Assembly (NCBI GenBank): GCA_025058345.1
Contig: JANXEN010000004.1
Location: 50,929 to 114,928, forward strand
DNA length: 64,000 bases
Direction of reading: 5' to 3'
From: Sulfolobales archaeon
Lineage (GTDB): Archaea; Thermoproteota; Thermoprotei_A; Sulfolobales; NBVN01
Made by a program: the position numbers and the translations under genes. Positions within the stretch are counted from its first letter, which is position 1; the number at the start of each line of letters is the position of its first letter. This document shows positions 19,028 to 29,750 of the stretch, piece by piece. The notes under the pieces are model-generated. The model searched no databases. It was not told where the DNA came from and saw only the letters and a program-made list of their open reading frames with translations.

Positions 19028-20185
19028 TTGAATTCCGGATTTGGATTAAATTCTACAAAGTACGTAAGAATATTAGATACCACATTAAGAGATGGGGAAC
19101 AAACACCTGGTATTGCTTTAAAGCCAGAGGATAAGTTAAGGATAGCTTTAGCTCTTGAGGAATTAGGTGTAGACTCTATAGAGGCTGGATTCCCAATAAC
19201 TAGTAAGGGTGAGTTCTTAGCAGTTAAGATGATTGCTAATGAGGTAAGGGATGCTGAGGTTATAGCTTTAGCGAGGTCTTCGAAGGAAGACGTAAATAGA
19301 GTTCTTGATAGTGGGGCTGACGCGGTACACTTATTCATAGCCACTTCAGACATACATATGAAGTATAAATTAAGTATGAACCACGAGGAAGTTATTGAGA
19401 AGGCTGTTGAGTCCGTAGATTACGCTAAGTCGCATGGACTTATAGTCGAGTTTAGTGCTGAGGACTCCACTAGAAGTAGGCGTGAGTTCTTGGTGAAGGT
19501 ATTTCAGGAAGTAGTTAATGCAGGCGCTGATAGGATCGATATTGCGGACACAGTAGGTGTTATGACTCCACAATCCATGGCTGAACTCGTAAGGTACGTT
19601 AGGAACGGGGTAAAAGGTAATTATGTCTTAAGTGTACATTGCCATAACGACTTCGGTATGGCTGTTGCTAATAGTGTAACGGCTGTAGAAAGTGGGGCAG
19701 ACCAAGTACATGTAACTGTCCTTGGCGTGGGGGAAAGAGCTGGAAACGCTGCATTGGAGGAAGTAGCTGCGGCATTAACTTTCCTCTTGGGGTTCAGAAC
19801 CAATTTGAGGCTAGAGCTTATATCAAGTACAGCTGCGTTGGTGTCTGAGTTATTTGATTTAAGTATCCAGCCTAATAAGCCCATAGTTGGAATCAATGCA
19901 TTCTCACATGAGTCTGGAATACATGTTCACGGAATATTGGGAAATCCTCTAACTTACGAACCTATAGATCCTTCAGCCATCGGTATGAAGAGGAGAATAG
20001 TATTAGGTAAACATAGTGGTAAGCATGCCGTTGCGTATATGCTGAAGCAGTTGGGTTTAGAAACTAATGAAGAGATAGTTGATGAAGTTCTTAGGAGGAT
20101 TAAAGACCTCGGTGATAGTGGCTACAGAGTAGATTATGAAGATTTCATCAATATTGTTAAGTCTGTGGTAGGTGACCTTAAATGA
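19028..20185 (+). CDS. leuA: 2-isopropylmalate synthase family enzyme (short form; could also be citramalate or homocitrate synthase)
   Basis: Motifs ILDTTLRDGEQ, HCHNDFGMAVANS and the HESGIH TIM-barrel motif. It lacks the long C-terminal regulatory domain, so substrate specificity is uncertain. Confidence 0.8.
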   Translation: MNSGFGLNSTKYVRILDTTLRDGEQTPGIALKPEDKLRIALALEELGVDSIEAGFPITSKGEFLAVKMIANEVRDAEVIALARSSKEDVNRVLDSGADAVHLFIATSDIHMKYKLSMNHEEVIEKAVESVDYAKSHGLIVEFSAEDSTRSRREFLVKVFQEVVNAGADRIDIADTVGVMTPQSMAELVRYVRNGVKGNYVLSVHCHNDFGMAVANSVTAVESGADQVHVTVLGVGERAGNAALEEVAAALTFLLGFRTNLRLELISSTAALVSELFDLSIQPNKPIVGINAFSHESGIHVHGILGNPLTYEPIDPSAIGMKRRIVLGKHSGKHAVAYMLKQLGLETNEEIVDEVLRRIKDLGDSGYRVDYEDFINIVKSVVGDLK

Positions 20186-20356
20186 TTTACATATACTGTG
20201 GCCAGCATAAAGATTTAAAACGTTCAAAGTGCTTGAGATAAGTTGGTGATGGAGTTGGAAGTACGCCAAATTCATTAATTCTAACTAAAACGTATGTGAA
20301 TGAGTTTAATGGAGTTGAATTAACTCCGTTGAGTAATTTAAAAGTTCTTCACATAG

Positions 20357-22061
20357 GTGGAGGTTATGCCTACCGGAGCTAAGTTAGTAGTTGAAGCTTT
20401 AAAAAGAGAAGGGGTTAAGACGATCTTCGGAATACCAGGTCTTTCCAATATGCCTATATATGATGAGTTGGTCGACTACTTAAGGAATGAAGAAATAAGA
20501 CACGTGCTTATGAGGCATGAGCAAGGTGCAGCACATGCTGCAGACGGTTATGCAAGGATCAGCGGTAAACCGGGGGTGTGTACGGCTACATCAGGACCTG
20601 GATCTATGAACTTAGTTACTGGTTTAATAACCGCTTATTGGGATAATAGTCCAGTCATATCTATTACTGGGCAAGTTCCCAAAAGTTATATTGGGAGGAA
20701 ATCATTTCAAGAAGCCGATGTTGTAGGTGTGATGCAGCATGTAGCTAAGTACGTTATCCAGATAAAAGAAGCTAACGAAATACCTTTGTGGATTAAGAAC
20801 GCATTCTACTTAGCAACCAGCGGTAAACCAGGCCCAGTTGTTGTTGATATCCCGAGAGACCTTCTAAACGCTAACATTAATGATGTAGCATGGCCTGAGG
20901 AACCTGTTGTCTTAGGATATAGACCTTTCAAGAGCGTGATTAACCCTTCAGATATTACTAAGGCTGTTAGGATGTTATTGGATGCTGAAAGACCTCTAAT
21001 ACTCGTCGGTGCTGGAGTCTTCTGGTCAGACGCTACTGAAGAAGTTATTAGGTTATCTGAGTTATTGGTATGTCCAATAATATCTACCTTGTTAGGTAAG
21101 TCAGCCGTCCCACATGACTACCCGTTATACCTCGGTGTTGCTGGATATTATGGCAGAGCTGAAGCTAATAACGCATTTCTAGAGGCTGATGTAGTCCTAG
21201 TTGTTGGGGCAAGACTAAGTGATAGGACTTTACCAACATACGGTGATATAACTAAGGACGGTAAGAAATTAATTATAGTTAACATAGACCCGACAGATGT
21301 TATGAAATTGCCTATTAAGGTTGATGTAGAGATATACGGTGATGCTAAGAAGGTATTGAAAGCATTCCTAGAAATTATTAACTCTATGGGCAGGAAGGTT
21401 AGTAGAATAGGTTGGGTCTCTAGAGTTAAGGAGTTTAAGGAGTATTACTCTAAATATTACTATGTAGATGATGATGGATTAAAGCCTTGGAAAATTTTAA
21501 AGATTATCAGAGATGTCATACCTAGCGATGCTATAATCACTACTGGAGTAGGTAAGCATCAGATGTGGATCATGAATTTCTGGGACGTCCTTAAACCTAG
21601 AACCCTAATAACTTCAGGAGGTATGGGGACTATGGGGTTTGGATTTCCCGCCGCTATTGGCGCAAAGATAGCGAAACCGGATAGGGCAGTCATAAATCTA
21701 GACGGCGATGGTTCCTTTTTAATGACAATGAATAACTTAGCTACAGCTGTAGACTATAATATACCAGTAATTACGGTGGTGTTTGATAATAGGTCTTTAG
21801 GTTTAGTTAGGCAGGTTCAGGAACTGTTCTTCAAAGGTAGGGTCGTTGGTGTGGACTTCGGCATGTCAACCGATTATGTAAAACTTGCGGAAAGCTTTGG
21901 TGCCGTAGGTTACGATGTTAAGGATTACAACGATTTAAGGGCTTCTTTAAGGAAATCATTAGAGGATAGCGTTGCCTCAGTTATTAGAGTGCCTGTCGAT
22001 AGGGATGAATTCGCTTTACCTCAACTACCGCCTGGTGGTAGTCTTAAGGAGGTGATACTCT

Positions 22062-22084
<23 letters not shown>
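20357..22084 (+). CDS. ilvB: Acetolactate synthase large subunit (TPP-dependent)
   Basis: Motifs RHEQGAAHAADGYAR and GGMGTMGFGFPAAIGA...DGDGSFLM (TPP motif). An A/T box at 20334-20344 sits 27 nt upstream of an in-frame ATG at 20366, an alternative leaderless start. Confidence 0.9.
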
Positions 22085-23421
<1,337 letters not shown>

Positions 23422-23455
23422 TTTATTCTAATATTTGCTTGAGAGTTAAAGAATT

Positions 23456-25126
23456 TTAATGAATTAACTCTTTAAACACAGCTCCAGTATTTGCGGAGGT
23501 CACTAAGTCGGAATACCTGCTTAGGATCCCTCTCCTGTATTTCTTACTCGGTGGTCTGAAGCTCCTAATTCTCTTACTCAACACATCGTCTGGAACTATT
23601 AAGTCGATTTTCTTAGACACGAGATCTATAGCTATAGTATCACCATTCTCAACGAACGCTATAGGACCGCCTTCAGCGGCCTCAGGAGATACGTGACCGA
23701 TTACTAGGCCTCTAGAAGCACCTGAAAACCGTCCGTCAGTAACTAGAGCAACTTCCTTATCTAATCCTTTACCAGCTAATACAGAGGTAGTTGTAAGCAT
23801 TTCCCTCATTCCAGGGCCTCCTTTAGGGCCTTCGTATCGTATTACAACAACATCTCCGCTTAATATCTCTCCCTTAAGGACTGAGTTCACCGCATCCTCC
23901 TCGCAGTCAAATACCTTAGCCTTTCCTCTAAAGTATTTAATCTCGGAAGAAGCTGCAGATAACTTTATGACAGCTCCATTAGGCGCTAAACTCCCTTTAA
24001 GTATTAACAAACCACCTCTACTGAGCCATGGATCATCTACGGACTTAATTACATCTCTCCTCAAAACATTAGCATTATTCATCAACTCCTTAACCGTTTT
24101 CAGGCTCACGGTCATCCTATCTTCATGTATTAAGCCCTTTCTACTTAACTCCTTCATCACCGCGTAGATACCTCCAGCCTCATGAAGGTCCTGCACGTGG
24201 TGCTTACCGGCAGGACTTAATTTACATAACGTAGGGGTTTTATCACTTAATTCGTCGAAATCGTTGAGAGTTATATCTACCCCAGCTTCTTTAGCTATGG
24301 CGGTAAGATGTAATACCGTATTAGTAGAACCTCCTAAAGCCATATCAACAGCTATAGCGTCTAGGAATGCCTCCCTACTCAATATCTGAGACGGCTTTAG
24401 GTCCCTCTTCACTAAATCAACTATCAACATCCCCGAATACTTAGCTATCCTCACCCTCTCTGAGGATACAGCTAATGCTGTACCATTACCAGGTAATGAA
24501 ACACCTAAGGCCTCGCTTAAGGCCCCCATAGTATTTGCTGTGAACATTCCAGCACAAGATCCAAAACCCGGACATGCTACATCCTCAATTACCTTAAGAT
24601 CATCAAGGGATAACTTCCCTGAGTTTACAGCTCCGACAGCCTCGAAAACATCATGGAGGTCTATTTCATGTCCGCGGAACTTGCCTGCTAACATAGGGCC
24701 TCCAGCAACGAAGATCGACGGTATGTTAAGCCTAGCCATAGCCATAAGCATGCCGGGAACGATCTTATCACATGAACCTATCATTACCAAACCGTCGAAA
24801 TGGTAGGATTTAGCAACGGTCTCTATTGAGTCAGCTATTAACTCCCTAGACGGCAATGAGTACTTCATACCTTCATGACCCATAATTATACCATCGCATA
24901 AACCGATGGTGTTGAATTCTAAAGGTGTCCCGCCATTCATTCTTACTCCAGCCTTAACATTATCGGCTATCTCTCTTAGATGAGCATGTCCAGGAATTAA
25001 CTCATTCCAAGAATTAGCTATACCTATGATGGGTCTATTAAGTTCATCATCTGTTAAACCTAATGCCTTAAACAACGACCTATGAGGAGCTCTTTCTATT
25101 CCTACCTTAACTATGTCACTCCTCAA
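23456..25126 (-). CDS. ilvD: Dihydroxy-acid dehydratase
   Basis: MRSD..ERAPHRSL N-terminus. Motifs CDKIVPGMLMA, GGSTN and TDGRFSG. Confidence 0.9.
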   Translation of the reverse strand: MRSDIVKVGIERAPHRSLFKALGLTDDELNRPIIGIANSWNELIPGHAHLREIADNVKAGVRMNGGTPLEFNTIGLCDGIIMGHEGMKYSLPSRELIADSIETVAKSYHFDGLVMIGSCDKIVPGMLMAMARLNIPSIFVAGGPMLAGKFRGHEIDLHDVFEAVGAVNSGKLSLDDLKVIEDVACPGFGSCAGMFTANTMGALSEALGVSLPGNGTALAVSSERVRIAKYSGMLIVDLVKRDLKPSQILSREAFLDAIAVDMALGGSTNTVLHLTAIAKEAGVDITLNDFDELSDKTPTLCKLSPAGKHHVQDLHEAGGIYAVMKELSRKGLIHEDRMTVSLKTVKELMNNANVLRRDVIKSVDDPWLSRGGLLILKGSLAPNGAVIKLSAASSEIKYFRGKAKVFDCEEDAVNSVLKGEILSGDVVVIRYEGPKGGPGMREMLTTTSVLAGKGLDKEVALVTDGRFSGASRGLVIGHVSPEAAEGGPIAFVENGDTIAIDLVSKKIDLIVPDDVLSKRIRSFRPPSKKYRRGILSRYSDLVTSANTGAVFKELIH

Positions 25127-25253
25127 TTAAATCACCTTATTGACTAAATTGTTGAATTTAAAAACGTTATCTTGAAGTGCAGCATGTACTACCCCATCAT
25201 TAAAGAACTGTGAGTGTGACTATGGGGATAAGGTTTAATCAATGCCTTTCGAA

Positions 25254-25733
25254 TTAAAGACTTATGTAGGTTAAGCCGAATTTATTAATTCTCTCAATGA
25301 GGTTCTTTACCGTCCTAGAGACATCATCTTTCTTCATAACTGCATTAGTCGGAAACCAAGCAACGTCGACAGCGTCACCTCCAGCCTTCAGGGAACCGTT
25401 TATAGATTTATCGTCGAATAAGACATCTAAAATTACGTAATGATACTGTACCTTACCTAAATCATCTTTTACGACGTTATTGCAGATCCATACCACACCT
25501 AGGGGAATAGCCTCAATCCCTGTCTCTTCCTTAAGTTCCCTAATTGCTGCTGAGTATATATCCTCACCTGCCTCAACAACACCACCAGGGATTGACCATT
25601 TACCCTTCCCGGGAGGGTAACCCCTCTTCACAAGGAGGATTTCGTTATCCTTTAGTAAGACAGCACCTACAGCAACTATAGCGTACCTCGGGTACTCCCT
25701 AGTTAATATACTTGACATGTTTAACCCGCACAA
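25254..25733 (-). CDS. NUDIX hydrolase
   Basis: Nudix box GGVVEAGEDIYSAAIRELKEETG. Confidence 0.85.
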   Translation of the reverse strand: MCGLNMSSILTREYPRYAIVAVGAVLLKDNEILLVKRGYPPGKGKWSIPGGVVEAGEDIYSAAIRELKEETGIEAIPLGVVWICNNVVKDDLGKVQYHYVILDVLFDDKSINGSLKAGGDAVDVAWFPTNAVMKKDDVSRTVKNLIERINKFGLTYISL

Positions 25734-25793
25734 TAAATCCGTAAAAACAATTTAAACCTAATAATCACGGCGTCAAACATGTGAAGACTTGTT

Positions 25794-26201
25794 TCATTCC
25801 TTAATTACATCAAGTATTATCGATGGACATACCTTCTTAACTCCCGGCATGTTAGAAATCTCCTTATGTATCTTAGCCATATTGTCACTGTCTTTAGCCC
25901 AAATCGTCGCTATTATAGGGTGATCACCACTCGTTAAAGATAAATACTTAACGTAATCCCGCGTTTTAAGGCCGGTAAGCACGTCGTAGAGAAATTGAGG
26001 ATCTACGTCAATACCTGTAATCGATACAGACTTATATTCCAATTTCCTTGGGTCAAGGACAGCTGTATATTTTTTAATAACTCCTAGGTTTTCCAGCCTT
26101 TTAATTCTCTTAATTACAGCTACATCGCTTATACCTACTTCCTTAGCAATCTCCACGTAGGAGGTTCTTGCATTGTTGGTAAGTATTGAAATTATCTTCA
26201 T
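25794..26201 (-). CDS. Lrp/AsnC-family transcriptional regulator; start probably upstream of the listed ATG
   Basis: HTH ARTSYVEIAKEVGISDVAVIKRIKRLENLGVIKKY plus a C-terminal RAM domain. An in-frame upstream segment ELLDEKD completes the family N-terminus (see findings). Confidence 0.85.
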   Translation of the reverse strand: MKIISILTNNARTSYVEIAKEVGISDVAVIKRIKRLENLGVIKKYTAVLDPRKLEYKSVSITGIDVDPQFLYDVLTGLKTRDYVKYLSLTSGDHPIIATIWAKDSDNMAKIHKEISNMPGVKKVCPSIILDVIKE

Positions 26202-26239
26202 ATCCTTCTCATCTAGTAACTCAGATATTTTAAGTCACC

Positions 26240-26572
26240 TCAACAATAACAATATTTTTTAACGCATTCAAATATAAATTTATTGTTTAAGGCATTCACG
26301 TATGAAACTTCCTCCATTCTACTCACTTTCCGCAATCTATGTAACGTGCAATATTCAACCACATGTAAAACTTCATTTCGACCTACTTCTACATCATTTA
26401 TAAGAGGTTCATAAGTTTTACGATTAGAAACTACCATATCCTTCACTTTAAAGTACTCATCTGAGTTAATGGGTCCTGACATGAAGATCTTAGATAAGTG
26501 ATTTATCGACTTTAATTTCAAGTCTTCAACTATATAGATATGAGTACGCATAACTTCACCTAATTTTTTCAT
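26240..26572 (-). CDS. Hypothetical protein (110 aa)
   Basis: ORF only; no motif recognised. Confidence 0.4.
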   Translation of the reverse strand: MKKLGEVMRTHIYIVEDLKLKSINHLSKIFMSGPINSDEYFKVKDMVVSNRKTYEPLINDVEVGRNEVLHVVEYCTLHRLRKVSRMEEVSYVNALNNKFIFECVKKYCYC

Positions 26573-26776
26573 TCTTATCCCGAAATTTATAATTTATAAA
26601 GCTAATAAGGTTAACTGATTTTTTTAGTTTGAGTTTTTAATTTTATTGAATTATTAAGGTATCTTTTAGATTCATGATCTATTTGTCATAAATATTAACT
26701 AATATTACTAAGATTTTTCGAAGAAATCTCACTAATCAACTTAAAAGCTAAAAATATAAATTGCTATTGAGTAGAT

Positions 26777-27568
26777 GTGAGATTAGCTGGATGGGGATTA
26801 ATTAAGGAGTTAATAACAGCTTCAGATGTTGTTCTAGAAGTAATTGATGTAAGGGACCCTATCAACACGAGGAATACGAAGGTGGAGTCTTTGGTATTGA
26901 AATTAGGAAAGCATTTAATTCTTGTTCTCAATAAGTCTGACTTAGTACCTAGAGAGGTTGCTGAAAGTTGGAAGGAATACTTCAAATCGTTAGGTATTAA
27001 ATCAATTTATATCTCAGCTAGGGATAGGCTCGGCACTAAAGTTCTACGTGAAGAGCTCAGTAAATTAAGTAAAAGGCCGTTAATAATTTCCGTTATTGGA
27101 TTGCCTAAGGTAGGTAAATCTACGTTGATAAACACTTTAAAAGGTAGGCATTCAGCCAGTACTTCATCCCTTCCAGGCAGTCCTGGATATACTGCGAAAT
27201 CACAACTATATAGAATTGGGAAAGGTATATATCTAATCGATACACCTGGTTTAATCCCACCTAGAGGCGGTGATGTAGAATCGATTATAAGGTCTAATGA
27301 AGTTGATAAGTTAAGGAACGTTACTTCAGTAGCCGTTGAATTGATTAAAAAGATATTGAAGTTTAATAGGAATGCATTTATGGATGCTTATGGTATTAAC
27401 GAGGCAGACCCCTATAGAATCTTAGAGGCTTTAGCCAATAAAAGAGGTTGGGTAGCTAAGAAAGATAGAGAGCCTCTTCTCCATGAAGCTGCTAAAGCAG
27501 TAATTAGGGATTATTTCGATGGAAAGCTGTCTTACTACTTTACACCTGATGAACTCATGGACTCATAA
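26777..27568 (+). CDS. Circularly permuted GTPase (YlqF/RbgA-YawG family, ribosome biogenesis type)
   Basis: Permuted motif order: G4 LNKSDL, then G1 GLPKVGKST, then G3 DTPG. Confidence 0.8.
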   Translation: MRLAGWGLIKELITASDVVLEVIDVRDPINTRNTKVESLVLKLGKHLILVLNKSDLVPREVAESWKEYFKSLGIKSIYISARDRLGTKVLREELSKLSKRPLIISVIGLPKVGKSTLINTLKGRHSASTSSLPGSPGYTAKSQLYRIGKGIYLIDTPGLIPPRGGDVESIIRSNEVDKLRNVTSVAVELIKKILKFNRNAFMDAYGINEADPYRILEALANKRGWVAKKDREPLLHEAAKAVIRDYFDGKLSYYFTPDELMDS

Positions 27569-27582
27569 TTTTTTAAAATCAC

Positions 27583-28434
27583 TTAAGGTGGGTTAACCCC
27601 GTAAAATTTTACTACGTTGTCTATATTTAGCTTGGCTATATACTCTTCATCAACTACACCTTCGTTGATTAGAGCTAATTGATTCTTTATTATTTCCCAC
27701 GGAAATGATGCAACGCCTGGACGTTTAGGATCGTCTATAAAGTCACTTTCAACCATGTATGTTGGGGTTAGCTTTCTAACACCCTCATTAATTACCTTTG
27801 ATTTTCCGCATAGTGTGAATGTGAAACCTGAGTTATATGCCTCTATACCGGTTTTTATATCTAAGTGGTGTAAAAGTACTGAATGCTTCTTTATCGGGAT
27901 ATAATTTAAAACCTCGTTTAAATCCTTAATAGTTAATAAGCCACACTGCTCTAGATGTAGGTGAACTACCGTATCTAAATCTTTAGCGAGTTTTAAACCG
28001 TATCTAAGTACGATTTCATTGATTAAGAACCCTTCAGGGGAGGTTTTATAGTGAGGCCTTCCAACTTCACCTATACCATCTAGCAATCCATTCTTTATTA
28101 AAGTGCTTATATGTTCAAGAACCTTGTACGCTAGGTTTAGAGCATCTTCGTACTTCAGTGATTGAGTGTTTATTAGTCTTTCTAGGTCTGCAGGATGTAC
28201 ACCAGCTAGGCACTTAACTTTAAGTCCTTCCTCTTTAGCTAATTTACATTCTCTAAGTAGTATTTCGACGCTCTTAACATAACCATCAAAGTCATGGTTA
28301 AGGCCGTAATGTATTGGAGGTAAGGAAACTAAGGTTATGAACCATCCATTTAGGCTTTTGAATTTTTTAGCGATGTTTTTGATGCCGAGTCCTTTAATCG
28401 GATTTGAATGTAAATGCGCGTCTGCAAACAACAT
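27583..28434 (-). CDS. TatD-related metal-dependent hydrolase
   Basis: N-terminal FADAHLH metal-binding motif and later HLH / HH histidine motifs. Confidence 0.65.
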   Translation of the reverse strand: MLFADAHLHSNPIKGLGIKNIAKKFKSLNGWFITLVSLPPIHYGLNHDFDGYVKSVEILLRECKLAKEEGLKVKCLAGVHPADLERLINTQSLKYEDALNLAYKVLEHISTLIKNGLLDGIGEVGRPHYKTSPEGFLINEIVLRYGLKLAKDLDTVVHLHLEQCGLLTIKDLNEVLNYIPIKKHSVLLHHLDIKTGIEAYNSGFTFTLCGKSKVINEGVRKLTPTYMVESDFIDDPKRPGVASFPWEIIKNQLALINEGVVDEEYIAKLNIDNVVKFYGVNPP

Positions 28435-28472
28435 CGTCGTCCCACATAGACTCTTAAATAAATTAACGCTTA

Positions 28473-29750
28473 TTAAGCTTCAACTACTTGAATGAGTTCC
28501 TTCTGAGATAGTTTAGTAGCTCTTAAGTATTTGCTGCTGACGTTTCTTAAATCTCTGTTTTCCCCCATGATCATTACGGTGACTAACTTGACCCCTAACG
28601 CCTTTAATTTTCTCCTAATCAAGTGTTCTGATATTCTATCCTCTCCATCCGTTATTAAAATTATGTCTGAGATACCTTTGCTGTTTCCGAACCTTATGTC
28701 GTCACAGGCGGTGACTAAGGCCTTAGTTATGTCCGTCCCACCACCACTTTTAACTCTAGCCAAATAGTCTATAAATGAAAGGACTTCATTACTTCTTAAT
28801 CTCTTTGATATCTTAACTAACTGGTGTGGTGAGCCGTCAAAAAATCTTATGAAGTATTCCCTACGTTCTTTTCTTGATTTCATATACAGAGCGATTGCTG
28901 TTGCCTTAGCCCACTTAATTTTATCTCCCTCCATGCTGCCTGATTTATCAAGTAATACGTAGAGGGGACCTCTACTCTCAGGTAATGCTTTATCATAAAG
29001 TAATAGTTTACCTTCAGATATTTTCATATTTAGGTAAAATTTAGGATAGATAAGTTCTGTAGGTACTAATCTCTCAACATCTGAGCCTAACTCATAGCCA
29101 TGCAACTCGCCTTTAGAGGACTTAGTGGTTTTCCTTTTAACTTTGTGAGAAATTTTAGGAATCCATGAGACTACCTCCAATAATTTCTTAACGTCAGTTG
29201 ACTTAGCAAGTCTTAATACATCTTCAGCGCTTTCCTCTAAGTCTAATGTAGTACCTGTACCAGCTTCATTACCTTCACTAAGCATTTTCTCTACATTCTT
29301 TAACACGTCCCCTTCCTCCTTAACGTACTTTAATGCATTATTAACAGCCTTTCTTAGGGTACCTCCATCAACTTCGCTAATTTCGCGATTTATATCTCCC
29401 TCATTTCCTTTTCCATAGGTCAATTCTTCATTTAGGTGTTGTAGGAAACTGGCCGACAATAAAACGCTCATCATAGAGTTAATTAATGTATGTCTTTTAA
29501 TATCCTTTAAAACATCGCTAGATATTAACTCCTTAATTACTTTATAGTTTTTCTCCTTCCCGTACGGTATGCTTGTTTGAGGTATTAATACAGGGAAAGG
29601 TAAGTACATAGCGTAGTAGGTATCGATAGCTAGTTCTAGGTCAGTCTTTATATGTCCCTTGCTAAGCCTCCAGGCTATGTTTGATACCTTCTCACCGCGG
29701 TATATAACTAGAGGGTCCTCATACTTAATCCCTTTAAGAACCCCAGGCAT
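28473..29750 (-). CDS. VWA-domain protein, ViaA-like partner of the upstream RavA-like ATPase
   Basis: C-terminal VWA with MIDAS LLDKSGSMEG, plus GGGTD and ILITDGED. The start overlaps the ATPase stop as TAATG at 29750. Confidence 0.8.
   Translation of the reverse strand: MPGVLKGIKYEDPLVIYRGEKVSNIAWRLSKGHIKTDLELAIDTYYAMYLPFPVLIPQTSIPYGKEKNYKVIKELISSDVLKDIKRHTLINSMMSVLLSASFLQHLNEELTYGKGNEGDINREISEVDGGTLRKAVNNALKYVKEEGDVLKNVEKMLSEGNEAGTGTTLDLEESAEDVLRLAKSTDVKKLLEVVSWIPKISHKVKRKTTKSSKGELHGYELGSDVERLVPTELIYPKFYLNMKISEGKLLLYDKALPESRGPLYVLLDKSGSMEGDKIKWAKATAIALYMKSRKERREYFIRFFDGSPHQLVKISKRLRSNEVLSFIDYLARVKSGGGTDITKALVTACDDIRFGNSKGISDIILITDGEDRISEHLIRRKLKALGVKLVTVMIMGENRDLRNVSSKYLRATKLSQKELIQVVEA

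Noticed and set aside
20057-20275. A 72-aa minus-strand ORF spanning the leuA 3' end and the spacer.
   Set aside because: It overlaps the well-supported leuA C-terminus, has no recognisable features and sits in an improbable context.
26764-26985. A 73-aa minus-strand ORF overlapping the GTPase gene start.
   Set aside because: It is a shadow of the cpGTPase frame, which carries the conserved DVRDP and NKSD motifs.
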